The position numbers and the translations under genes are program-made. This document shows, one piece after another, positions 54,684-64,000 of a stretch of 64,000 nucleotides of DNA. Below the pieces are notes generated by a model, which was given only the letters and a program-made list of their open reading frames with translations, had not been told where the DNA came from and did not search any database. Numbering within the stretch: the stretch's first letter is position 1; each line of letters starts with the position of its first letter. Origin of the DNA: Alphaproteobacteria bacterium (lineage in GTDB: Bacteria > Pseudomonadota > Alphaproteobacteria > GCA-2731375); the NCBI GenBank assembly GCA_965232515.1, contig CBDDPY010000002.1, positions 2,592,001 through 2,656,000 of the forward strand, read 5' to 3'.

Positions 54684-55133
54684 TCAGAGCATGCGCGACA
54701 TCAGGACATAGCGGTCGCGCATCGCGAAACCGAGGCGATCGTAAAGGCGCTGGGCGCGAGTGTTGGCGCGGGCGACCTCGAGGTGCAGCGCCTCGACGCC
54801 GAGACCGCGCGCCGCGTCCGCGACCTGATCCAGCGCCGATTTGCCGAGCCCCCGGCCACGCGCCGCCTCGACGAGATACATCTCGTCCACGAAGGCATCG
54901 CGTCCGCCGAACTCGATGCTGTAGCCGAAGCAGAGCGCGACATAGCCGACGACATGTTCATCGTCACGGACCAGCCAGACGCGCCCGGCGTCGGTCTGCG
55001 CCAACAGCGGCGCAATGGCAGCGGCGGTGGCGACGGCATCATGCGGAATCTGCTCGAACGTGTGGTAGGCCGCGATCAGCCCGAGCAGCACGTCGCTGTC
55101 AGACGATTTTGCAAGACGGATGGACACCGCCAT
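54684..55133 (-). CDS. GNAT acetyltransferase
   Basis: RGRGLG, N..AQRLY..LGF. Confidence 0.88.
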   Translation of the reverse strand: MAVSIRLAKSSDSDVLLGLIAAYHTFEQIPHDAVATAAAIAPLLAQTDAGRVWLVRDDEHVVGYVALCFGYSIEFGGRDAFVDEMYLVEAARGRGLGKSALDQVADAARGLGVEALHLEVARANTRAQRLYDRLGFAMRDRYVLMSRML

Positions 55134-55566
55134 TTAGTCTGTTCTCCCTTTAGGACGCCGGCTCGTATACGCCTGCCACAACCTTATTGCCGCCAGCTTG
55201 AATCACAATCGATCCGTGATCGGAAGCGCCTGTTCAAATATCCCGTGTTGGATCTCAATCGGACGTCGTGGCCCGAGCTTCAACAAAGGGGAGTTGACCC
55301 GGTATCGTTGTTCGACCGGATCGAGAGACGATGGCCGGTTTCGGCCACGGATCGATCATTCGTCGGGTTTGCGGCGAATGACGCCTTGAGCCCATACCTA
55401 CCCGGGTGCTGCGAGGCGGCGAAGGGCCGCTTTAGGCATCGGAACAAGGAAACTACGACGTCGCATCGACGTGTTTCATATGAATGTCGATTTGACGCGT
55501 TCCCTCCATTGAGTGCATCGAGCGCTTGACATCCATCAAGCAGGTATGACAAGTTAACTTGTCCAA

Positions 55567-56004
55567 ATGGTAAGGAAGCTTTTCATGCCAACCTCTACAC
55601 GATCTCAGATAGCGATATCTGTCGTCGCTTTTCTCGGCGCCGCTTACATTTGGGTGTTTGGTGTTCCGTTTTTCGCGACCGTTATCTTCACGGTTCTTTG
55701 TCTCATGTGGTCGGCGTGGACTTTCATCTCAATTTTTCGGGGAACCGACGAAATAAAATCGGCAGGCATAAGGTACGCCCTCGCGGTAGCCAGCGGGGTT
55801 GGCGTTCCCCTTTCCATCGCATTTGTGATGCTGATGGTCGCAACGCCGGATATTCAGCGTGTGATCACAAGCATTGCAGCGTTTTCAAGAAGCGGATTGT
55901 CGCCTGCCGCGGTTGGCTTCGTGTTGGGCGTATCGTTTACCTTTATTTTGTTGTGCGCTGTATTCGCCATTAGCCATTCAGTTTGGTGGGCATCGAAACG
56001 GTGA
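55567..56004 (+). CDS. hypothetical integral membrane protein (~4 TM)
   Basis: Hydrophobic segments; paired with the downstream HTH gene. Confidence 0.7.
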   Translation: MVRKLFMPTSTRSQIAISVVAFLGAAYIWVFGVPFFATVIFTVLCLMWSAWTFISIFRGTDEIKSAGIRYALAVASGVGVPLSIAFVMLMVATPDIQRVITSIAAFSRSGLSPAAVGFVLGVSFTFILLCAVFAISHSVWWASKR

Positions 56005-56028
56005 TAGGCCCAGGCATCTGAACTAAAA

Positions 56029-56241
56029 ATGAAAAACAGCATCCGGGTTTTGCGTGCTGAACGACGCTGGACACAGGCCGATCTCGCCAGAGAGCTCGGC
56101 GTTTCGAGGAATTCCGTCAACGCAATCGAGAATGGAAAATACGATCCTTCATTGCCGCTGGCATTCAAAATCGCGCGGCTGTTTGAGCTAACGGTTGAAG
56201 AAATCTTCGAAGACGATGGCGCTGAGCGGCAAGGCCCGTAA
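56029..56241 (+). CDS. XRE/Cro-C1 HTH regulator
   Basis: WTQADLARELGVSRNSVNAIENGKYDPSLPLAFKIA. Confidence 0.92.
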   Translation: MKNSIRVLRAERRWTQADLARELGVSRNSVNAIENGKYDPSLPLAFKIARLFELTVEEIFEDDGAERQGP

Positions 56242-56538
56242 ACAATATAGATGTTCACAGAGTTTTTCCTCAAAACAACTCAAAGCAGACGTTCAGGAAG
56301 ATTTGTTGAATGTTCGCTTTGTCCGCATAGCGACCGTTCACGTCAGTAAGCAGAGCGGTTGCTTCGGGTCGGTCGACTTCAAGATATCCTGGCGCCGGTC
56401 TTCGGCAGATCGTGACCTATTTCGGCATTCACAGATTGGCGACCATGAACGGTCGATGGCGGCAGTTGGCCATGCGGGCTTCAGACAAAACGATAAACTC
56501 GCTCGCTTATTGCCTCAGGCTTCAGCACGAGGGATCGG

Positions 56539-57042
56539 ATGATCGAGATACCGACGATTGAGACCGAGCGGCTTATCCTCCGCCCGCCCGGAATGGAAGA
56601 CTGGCCATTGTATGCCGAGCTGATGTTCTCGGAACGCGCCGTCCACATGGGCGGCCCTTTTTCGACCAATGTCGCCTGGGGCATCTTCTGCCACGACGTT
56701 GCCCAGTGGACGCTGATGGGGCACGGCGCGCTGATGGTGGATGCCCGAGACTCCGGCCAGTGTCTCGGACAGGTGGGCATCAATCACGGACCGCTCTTTC
56801 CCGAACACGAGCTGGGTTGGCTTGTTTATGCCGACGCCGAGGGAAAGGGCTACGCGTACGAAGCGGCACTGGCATTGCGGGCGTGGGCTTTCGCTACGCT
56901 GCGCCTCAAGACTCTTGTCAGCTACATCGATCCGCGGAACACCAGATCCCGCAGGCTTGCGGAGCGCTTGGGCGCTGTTTTGGACACAACAGCGCCGCGT
57001 CAAGATCCGGACGAGCTGGTCTATCGGCACCTCAAGCCTTAA
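56539..57042 (+). CDS. GNAT acetyltransferase (RimJ/RimL-like)
   Basis: IETERLILR, ELGW, EGKGYAYEAA, N.RSRRLAERLG. Confidence 0.9.
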   Translation: MIEIPTIETERLILRPPGMEDWPLYAELMFSERAVHMGGPFSTNVAWGIFCHDVAQWTLMGHGALMVDARDSGQCLGQVGINHGPLFPEHELGWLVYADAEGKGYAYEAALALRAWAFATLRLKTLVSYIDPRNTRSRRLAERLGAVLDTTAPRQDPDELVYRHLKP

Positions 57043-57142
57043 CAACGCTCAGGGCGCGATCAGTTCGAGCACGACATCCAGACCCCCTGGTTCGGCAAGG
57101 CGGACGGGCACTGTCATGGAATCGGTGCTCCCGAGCGCATGG

Positions 57143-57413
57143 CTAGCCCGCATTTCTCACCCCCATCACGGTCTGCGTCGCGCACAGGCGTCCGCTCCGC
57201 CAGGAGCGGGCCGAAAAGCGTAGCGGGGGCTACGGTTGAGGGCCGCGACGCCGCGGGCGGACGCCTGCGCGCGACCCTTCGGGCGGCGCCGTGCTGCCGA
57301 CAGGGGGCGTCGCGCTGCTTACCCGATGCCCCACATCGCGCCGCGCAGCGCTCCTGCCCTGTCGGCAGCACGACGCCGCGCAGACCATGATGGGAGTGAG
57401 AAATGCGGGCTAG
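57143..57413. mobile_element. MITE-like element (271 bp)
   Basis: ~35-bp TIRs CTAGCCCGCATTTCTCACCCCCATCACGGTCTGCG / CGCAGACCATGATGGGAGTGAGAAATGCGGGCTAG; two internal hairpins; no convincing ORF. Confidence 0.8.
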
Positions 57414-57677
57414 ACATGCTTTCAAATAGCCGTGGGCTCGTAAACGCCGCGCCACGGCCTGGTTGCCAACAGCCCAAATTACAGACGAACGGCGATCGGC
57501 ATCACCCATTCAAATGTCCGGTGCTGGATCTCAACTGGACGTCGTGGCCCGAGGTTCAATAGGGGGCGATATGACCCGAGTCGGACGTTCGCGAAACGTC
57601 GTCCGCAACCGAATGATCGACGCGCGGATCGCTGCCGGACGGTAAGCGTCCGATCTGACCCACCTTGCCTGTCGACG

Positions 57678-58127
57678 TTATTCATCTTCGGCATCAACGA
57701 GTTGTGACCGCGCGGTCGTCGCGAAGCGCTGCAAATCGTCATCAATGTGGAGCCACGTTAATCGCTGCGATTCATGAGCGTGAAGTTGCGGAGCGAGGTC
57801 GTCGGCCTGGTCGAGAACGCCGACAGGGATGTAGACCTGTCCCGGCAGATACGCGTACCGCCCCGAGATCGGAGATCCGCAGACCGGGCAGAACGTACGC
57901 ACCACGCCAGGGTTGGCGATCACCTTGCGCCCTTCGTTCGGCGTGAACGTCACCGCTGTCTCATCGAATGCCGCAAACGCCGCGACGGGCGCACCCGTCA
58001 CCCGCCGGCAGTCAATGCAGTGGCAGTAGGCGATGGTTTGCGGCAACTGCGTCGCGCTGATCGTCGTCGCGCCGCAATAGCACCGCCCTGTAAGCTTCCT
58101 CACGGTGTCGGTGTCCGGCTTGGTCAT
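57678..58127 (-). CDS. GFA (glutathione-dependent formaldehyde-activating-like) family protein
   Basis: GRCYCG, YCHCIDCRR, FCPVCGS. Confidence 0.9.
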   Translation of the reverse strand: MTKPDTDTVRKLTGRCYCGATTISATQLPQTIAYCHCIDCRRVTGAPVAAFAAFDETAVTFTPNEGRKVIANPGVVRTFCPVCGSPISGRYAYLPGQVYIPVGVLDQADDLAPQLHAHESQRLTWLHIDDDLQRFATTARSQLVDAEDE

Positions 58128-58375
58128 GTCCCCCGAGACTTTCCATTAAGTGTGTTCTGGTGCGTATCGACGGATTCCAGTTGCGCTGCCGCGGCAGCGT
58201 AACGCCAGGGCAAGAGTTCGTCGACAAGGCTGACTTTGTGATCGACGATGTCAGGGTTCGACCAAGGTCCGTTCGGGACTCACTAACGGCCGCTCATCCC
58301 AGTAGAGCAGCAGGTCTGCTTGTCACCCAATAGCCGCCTCGGATTGCAAGTGGACAACCTATTGAGGCTCCACAG

Positions 58376-59893
58376 CTAGTTGCCGCTCAGCCGCGCGGCC
58401 ATCACCCGGGCAAAAACTTTGCTGCCACTTCTATGCTCGGGATTTCCGTAGTTGCCCGCGAACACCGTCACGACGATCCGCTTTTCGGGCACGATGAATA
58501 TGCGCTGGTCCCCTCGTCCGAGGGCGGCAACGACGTGGTCGCCATCGTTTCCCCTCGTCTGGCCGGCGTACCACATGAAGCCGTAGCCAATGGCGCCATC
58601 CGGGCTTAAGGCGATGTTCTGGACGTGCCGTTGGGTGGATAGTTCGACCCACGCCGCGGGGACGATCTGCTGCCCCTTCCAGGCTCCCTTATGCAGAAAC
58701 AGCGAGCCGAACTTGGCGAGGTCGCGTGCCCGCAGCCGTAATCCAGATGCGGCACTGGGGAACTTCTCCGGGCGCCAGACGGGCGATCCCAGCCATTCGT
58801 AACGGGTGATGCCGAGGGGGCCAAACAGCGTTTCCTCGGCGAATTCGTCAATGTGCTTGCCGGTCTTGCGATGGATCAGGCCGGCCAGAAGCTGGGTCAG
58901 ACCGCCGTTGTAGGTCCACCGGCTGCCGACCGGATCGCGGACGGAACGGCCAAGCACCATGCCGATCGGGTCCGGGTCGTCATTCATGCGAATTTCGTCG
59001 TTCTCGGCATAGGGAACGCCGAGCTCTTTCCATTCAAGACCCGCGGTCATGGTCAGGACGTGGCGCAGCGTGATGTCTTCCACGCCGGCCCCGAACTTTC
59101 CGTCGAGATCCCTGAAGGATTCGACAATCGGCCGCTCGATCGCATCTGGATAGTCATCGCCGAGCGCGATTCCCAAGAGCGCTGTCGTGACGCTCTTGGT
59201 CACTGACCGCAGATCATGAAGGCTATCGTGATCGAAGCTGATGTCTCCGATCGGACGGTCCCATCGTTCGTCCTGGCCGGAGAAGTACTGCTCGTATACC
59301 AGGCGACCGGCATGCTCGACGATGACGGCGTGAACGTTGGGGATGTCGTTGCTCTCGATTTCCGCAGTGAGTGCAGCCAGGGCCGCGGGGTCGAAGCCCG
59401 CCTCGGAGGGGGCGGCGACCGCCCAGCCATCGTCACGTCGGGCCGGAGCTTGATCGAGAACATCGGCCGCCGCGTTCGGCGCGGTCGAATTCGGCGTCCG
59501 CGCCGCCGCTGCCGGGACGACGTTGATAACAACCGTATCCCGGCCCCAGAAGGTGACGGAATCGGTCCCGGTAAAGCCGGGATCTGATGTGTACATGATC
59601 GCTCTTACCGGCACGCGCCTGTTGCAGCGATTGCTGTACCGTTCGCTGACGCCGCCGCCGGAAAGCGCGCCATGCGCCGGCGGTCGGGTCACGGCATTTG
59701 CCGCCAAGACCGCTTCAAAGGATGGCGCGACATCCTTCGCGCATTCGTTGCGCTGTCCATAGATCATCGTTGGCACGCCGGAAGTCACGACAAAATCGGG
59801 GGCGTCTTGGGCTTGGGCCGCCCCCAGGTCGGTCTCAAAAACACCGCCGATAAATGCAGCGAGACATAACGAAACAAAGGCCCAGCGCCTCAT
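58376..59893 (-). CDS. exported serine hydrolase (beta-lactamase fold) with N-terminal Ig-like domain
   Basis: Signal peptide; YTSDPGFTGTDSVTF; SVTK, YNGG, LRARDLAKFG. Confidence 0.85.
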   Translation of the reverse strand: MRRWAFVSLCLAAFIGGVFETDLGAAQAQDAPDFVVTSGVPTMIYGQRNECAKDVAPSFEAVLAANAVTRPPAHGALSGGGVSERYSNRCNRRVPVRAIMYTSDPGFTGTDSVTFWGRDTVVINVVPAAAARTPNSTAPNAAADVLDQAPARRDDGWAVAAPSEAGFDPAALAALTAEIESNDIPNVHAVIVEHAGRLVYEQYFSGQDERWDRPIGDISFDHDSLHDLRSVTKSVTTALLGIALGDDYPDAIERPIVESFRDLDGKFGAGVEDITLRHVLTMTAGLEWKELGVPYAENDEIRMNDDPDPIGMVLGRSVRDPVGSRWTYNGGLTQLLAGLIHRKTGKHIDEFAEETLFGPLGITRYEWLGSPVWRPEKFPSAASGLRLRARDLAKFGSLFLHKGAWKGQQIVPAAWVELSTQRHVQNIALSPDGAIGYGFMWYAGQTRGNDGDHVVAALGRGDQRIFIVPEKRIVVTVFAGNYGNPEHRSGSKVFARVMAARLSGN

Positions 59894-60057
59894 TGCCACC
59901 TCCCCGTTGCCGACGAACCGATATCCCACGAGCCCTCACGGTAAGGGACCGGCAAACACCCTTCCGGGGCAGTGAAAAATACAGGATGGGAAGTTGACGG
60001 CAGTCTATGGAAGCGCAATGGCCGAGTCCATTGGCACGGCCGAAAGGCACGTGGGAG

Positions 60058-60669
60058 CTAACGCGTCGCGACGACGATGCCGGAGCCGATGAGGAGCATC
60101 CCGGTCGCCTGCTTCAGCCGTTTGGCCAGCGTTGTGGCGGCCAGGAGGCGGCGGGCGCGATCGGCCAGGACGATGCAGCCGCCATACACGAGATAGGAGA
60201 TGCCGGCGACGATCCCGGCCAGCACCAGGAAGTCGGCAACCCCCACCCGCGTCATGTCGACAAATGTCGGCAAGATCGCGCCGAAAAACAGGATCGCCTT
60301 TGGATTGCCGAGCGTCGCCAGAAGGCCGAGACCGATGTCGCGCAGCAACGCGCCGCTCGCTTCAGCTTGCACAACCGCGGGATCGTCTGCCTCGACCAAT
60401 GCCCGATAGCCGCGCCAGATCAGATAGGCCGCACCGGCATACTTCACGACCTGGAACATCGGTCCCATCACGGTCGCGATCGCCAGGAGCCCGACGAACG
60501 CGATGCCCAGGAAGATGAGGTCTGCGATGACCAGGCCGGTAATCACGGCAAAACCAGCCCTGGGTCCCGATCCAAGCGCGCGCGAAACGACGACCGCGAG
60601 ACCAGGCCCCGGCAACAGCGTCCACAGGAACATGGCGACGGCGAATGCCGCTGCGTACTCAATGGTCAT
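60058..60669 (-). CDS. LysE/RhtB family translocator
   Basis: PGPG, KYAGAAYLIW, GNPKAILFF. Confidence 0.92.
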   Translation of the reverse strand: MTIEYAAAFAVAMFLWTLLPGPGLAVVVSRALGSGPRAGFAVITGLVIADLIFLGIAFVGLLAIATVMGPMFQVVKYAGAAYLIWRGYRALVEADDPAVVQAEASGALLRDIGLGLLATLGNPKAILFFGAILPTFVDMTRVGVADFLVLAGIVAGISYLVYGGCIVLADRARRLLAATTLAKRLKQATGMLLIGSGIVVATR

Positions 60670-60987
60670 TTATCGGTCTCTCGTGCGTCGTCGGCATTCC
60701 CAACGGTATATGCAAGCGCCGTCACCCGGCAATTGCCGGAAAACGAGGCTCGTCTCCGCCTGACCATTTACAACCTAGGCGACTGCAGCCGTGGGTGGCC
60801 GCTTCCCGATCCGAAAACGGCCAGGTTCGACCAAGGTCCGCTCGGGACTCAGACTCAATAGCGGCCGTTCATCCCCGTAGAGCAGCAGGTCCGCTTGTGA
60901 CCCGAACCGGAGGTTCGCCTCGTCTTCGACAACGTCTGCTCTGCAGACGAAGAGGACTTACGCTCCAAACCGCGATAGAAGCAGAGT

Positions 60988-61821
60988 TCACATACGCGAA
61001 ACAACGGCAATCTCTCCTGCTTCCGGCGTCCAAGGTTCTCCGGTCATGACATCAAGGACTTCTTCTACGACCAGCCCGGCTTCGTGCACTTCGCTCGAGA
61101 TCATCTCGGGATCAAAATACTGCATCCAGTTGAAAATCTCGAACCGACGTTCCGGCGCAACGATCAGATAACGGTCCAGGGCGATCTTATCTTGATCATA
61201 GAGAAAGGTGGTCTGGAAACCGAAGTGGTCGTCCGGCGACCAAAAGTCTCCCATAGGACGGCGACCGTAGGTCATGACCTCACGCCGTTTCTCGAATTGC
61301 TGCGTGGTTGCCACATCGAAAACGAATCTCCCGCCGGGGTTCAGCATTCCTTTAATCCGCTTCAGAAGGGTGCGTCGCTTCTCGGGTGGGAGCGTGCAGA
61401 AGTCGCACCAGATCAAGCTGATGAAATCTTGCTTATCGGGCAGATCGTCGATCAGATAGTCTGCTTTTCGGTATTCGATATCCAGATTATGGGCGGCGGC
61501 TTCGGACCTCGCATAGTCGAGTGAAACGACCGAGAAATCGACGCCGATCACCCGAGCGCCTCTTGTCGCCATGCGCCTTGCATATAGTCCCGGCCCACAG
61601 CCCAGATCGCAGACGTTCTTACCCAACAGGCCGATCTTTCGGTCAAACCATCCCACAATGTCGTCGATGGTCTGACTCTTCCGCGAGGCCAAGTCAGTGC
61701 TCTCGTCCAGATGCACTTTTAGCATTTGCTGTGCGATCCAGGGATCGGTCCAGAGCATATCGGTTGTGTAACGGGAAAACGGCTCGGGTTTTCGATTGAA
61801 ATCATCCAGACGTGAATACAT
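60988..61821 (-). CDS. class I SAM-dependent methyltransferase
   Basis: DLGCGPGLY, GVDFS, LNPGGRFVFD. Confidence 0.9.
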   Translation of the reverse strand: MYSRLDDFNRKPEPFSRYTTDMLWTDPWIAQQMLKVHLDESTDLASRKSQTIDDIVGWFDRKIGLLGKNVCDLGCGPGLYARRMATRGARVIGVDFSVVSLDYARSEAAAHNLDIEYRKADYLIDDLPDKQDFISLIWCDFCTLPPEKRRTLLKRIKGMLNPGGRFVFDVATTQQFEKRREVMTYGRRPMGDFWSPDDHFGFQTTFLYDQDKIALDRYLIVAPERRFEIFNWMQYFDPEMISSEVHEAGLVVEEVLDVMTGEPWTPEAGEIAVVSRM

Positions 61822-62162
61822 GACGGATCGACTCCTTCCGATACGTGCCGTCCAGCAAGACTGCTTTCTCGAGTCTCACTGTGAGGAAACGGTGTCAAGT
61901 GAACGCCCGCAAAGGACTCGAAGCGGTCATTGCGGCGCTGATGAGCAATGGCCGTTCCTGGCTAGAATTAGACGTCAGGGAGATGTCTGGTTCACGACCG
62001 GCTTGTCTCCAAAATCGGTCGTGCAGGTCCAACCCGTAGCTCAACGTCGGGCGCGCAATCGAAACCGGTCGTGGAACGTCGTGCAGATTTCCGGATCAAG
62101 ACTGACCGGAGTCGGTCAGCGGAAGCGGGACCGGGTTTTGAAAGCGGCTATGTCGCCGGGGC

Positions 62163-62939
62163 TCACGCGCAGAAATCGCTCGGGCTACGTCCGAGGGTGC
62201 GGCGAAACATGTAGCTGAACGCGCTTGAAGACGCATATCCCATGTCGAACGCGACCGAACTGACCTTCTCGCCGGCGGCAAGCCTCGAAATCGCGTGAAG
62301 AACGCGCGCGTGCCGCAACCAGCGCAACGGCGGCATGCCTGTTTCGGCAATAAACAACCGTTCGATGGTCTTGCGGCTGGCGGCGGCTTCGGCGAGCCAG
62401 GAGTCGACCGACTCGACAACGCCCGGGTCGTCGAGCGCCGCTTCGGCAAGACGGCGAATTCGATGGTCCCGTGGCATGGCGATCGAGAGCGGTACGTCCG
62501 GGGCGGCGACGAGTTCGTGACGCAGGAGATCGTGAAGCGCATCGTTGTGGTCGTTCGCGCGGCCCGATCCGTTGTCGGGCATGGTGGCGGATATCAGGGC
62601 GCTCAGTAACGGCGTCATTGCCATGATCCGGCATACCGCGCCGATCTTGTCGGCTTCGTCCTGGGGCACATCGACATAGCGCATCTCGTTGTTCGACCCG
62701 TATCGCATCCAGTGCTCGACGCCCGGCGGAATCCACAACGCCATCGCCGGGCTCAGCAACAGGACGCGGCCCGGCGTGCCGACATACATGGACCCCGACG
62801 CAGCGGAGATGAGCTGCCCGAAGTGATGGGTGTGCCAGTCGTAGCTCTCGCCGGATGTCGGCCTGATTAATTCCCCCAGATAACGCGGCACGCGCGTTTC
62901 GCCGGGATCGCTCAGGGGATGGTGTTTCGGGCTGGCCAT
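62163..62939 (-). CDS. AraC family regulator (cupin + HTH)
   Basis: WHTHHFGQL, VAFDMGYASSSAFSYMFRR..G.SP. Confidence 0.92.
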   Translation of the reverse strand: MASPKHHPLSDPGETRVPRYLGELIRPTSGESYDWHTHHFGQLISAASGSMYVGTPGRVLLLSPAMALWIPPGVEHWMRYGSNNEMRYVDVPQDEADKIGAVCRIMAMTPLLSALISATMPDNGSGRANDHNDALHDLLRHELVAAPDVPLSIAMPRDHRIRRLAEAALDDPGVVESVDSWLAEAAASRKTIERLFIAETGMPPLRWLRHARVLHAISRLAAGEKVSSVAFDMGYASSSAFSYMFRRTLGRSPSDFCA

Positions 62940-63064
62940 GATCTTTGACGATTTCTAGATGTAATTCGTCTTGATGTCGACTGAAAGACACGCCGCTCTG
63001 ACCTAGGCTGCGCCAGCATTTCGGGCACGATGCCCGCCCGTCCGGATCAGAGCCTGACGCCGCC

Positions 63065-64000
63065 ATGGAAAACCGCCGCCTCCTGACATGGTTCGCGCTG
63101 GGCCATTTCGCCAACGACTGGCCGCTCAGCGCGCTGTGGCTGATCGTGCCGACGGCCGGCATCGCCATGGCGCTTTCGCCGGCCGAGGTCGGTCTGCTGT
63201 TCACGATCTGCAGCATCGGCGGCGCGCTCGCCTATCTGCCAGCCGGCATCCTCGCCGATCACGTCTCGAACCAGGGCCGGCTGCTGGTCGTCACGTTCTG
63301 GTGGGTCAGCGTTGGTTATCTGCTGGCCGCCATGGCGCCGGGATTCTGGAGCCTCGCGCTGCTGCTCGCCGTCGCCGGCATGGGCGATGCGGCGTGGCAC
63401 CCGATCGCCACGGGCGCGCTCGTGCGCGAAAACAAAGAGCGGCGCGCTCACGTGCTCGGCATTCACGCCATCGGCGGCTCGCTGGCGGAGGTGCTGGCGC
63501 CGCTCGCCGTCGGCTTTCTCCTCGCGTATGTCGACTGGCGCGCGGCATTGGCGATCTCGGCGCTTCCCACCGCGGTCATGGGGTTCTGCTTCTTCCGGGT
63601 GGCGCGCGCGGTTCCGCGTATCGAAAAAAAGTCGGTCAGCACGCAGGACATGCTCGGCCTTCTCAACATGTGGCGGCGGGGCAACGGTCTCCGCATGGTC
63701 GGGATGATCTGCCTCTACAACATGGCGCTGATGGCGCTTCTCAGCATGATCCCGCTCTATCTCGCGGACCGTCACGGATTCGGGCCGGCGGCGGCCGGCA
63801 TCGCGTTCTCGGCCATGCTGATCGTCGGCGCGCTGGCGCAGCCCTGGATCGGCAAGATCTCCGACATCGCCGGGCGCCGGCCGGTCGTGGTGTTCGGCAA
63901 TCTCACGGCGGCACTCGCGAGCGCGCTGCTGGTTTTCCAGCCATCGCTCTGGGCCATGATCGCCGCGATGATCGTCGCGGTCGCCGCGCTGGATGCGATC
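63065..64000 (+). CDS. MFS transporter (runs off the window end)
   Basis: Read manually from ATG 63065: MENRRLLTWFALGHFANDWP...AGILADH, later GKISDIAGRR; divergent from the AraC gene. Confidence 0.85.
   Translation, partial: MENRRLLTWFALGHFANDWPLSALWLIVPTAGIAMALSPAEVGLLFTICSIGGALAYLPAGILADHVSNQGRLLVVTFWWVSVGYLLAAMAPGFWSLALLLAVAGMGDAAWHPIATGALVRENKERRAHVLGIHAIGGSLAEVLAPLAVGFLLAYVDWRAALAISALPTAVMGFCFFRVARAVPRIEKKSVSTQDMLGLLNMWRRGNGLRMVGMICLYNMALMALLSMIPLYLADRHGFGPAAAGIAFSAMLIVGALAQPWIGKISDIAGRRPVVVFGNLTAALASALLVFQPSLWAMIAAMIVAVAALDAI

Larger units (their letters stand above)
55233..62075 (+). repeat. dispersed clusters of ~27-bp degenerate palindromes at ~45-47-bp period
   Basis: Units at about 55237, 55330, 55377, 55422, 56309, 56354, 57468, 57513, 57558, 58264, 58311, 60833, 60886, 60931, 61902, 61947, 61993, 62043; consensus aAnGtCcGc-N11/12-aGCGGaC. 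Confidence 0.7.

Noticed and set aside
55200-62150. CRISPR array or classical integron
   Set aside because: Repeats are too degenerate and interrupted by whole genes; no cas or intI gene; no clear attC RYYYAAC/GTTRRRY boxes seen

Overview
High-GC alphaproteobacterial chromosome segment (Rhodospirillales-like, judged from gene order). The first ~33 kb is mostly core genome: tolB-tolA-tolR-tolQ-ybgC, ruvBAC, yebC, ymdB, 5-FCL, 6S RNA, zapA, tkt-gap-pgk-fbaB-thiE, efp-suhB, a MotA/MotB-like locus, rpmE-rcdA, two sHSPs, metY and DUF1192/qor/DUF1013. From ~33 kb onward it is an accessory mosaic. Highlights: (1) an AT-richer island (~40.9-45.1 kb) with a tightly coupled operon of a heme-oxygenase-like diiron oxidase, an Nmad2-like protein, an XRE-HTH/ImmA metallopeptidase and a PIN protein, followed by a DUF5677/HEPN-like ORF, a candidate undescribed defence or nucleotide-modification system; (2) a 55-62 kb array of unrelated standalone genes separated by ~27-bp degenerate palindromes at ~45-47-bp period, with direct repeats bracketing gene modules, suggesting gene capture; (3) a pseudo-cyclase/cyclase pair; (4) a candidate sRNA preceded by a CtrA box; (5) several REP/MITE-type elements. 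All family calls come from motif recognition by eye; no searches were run.
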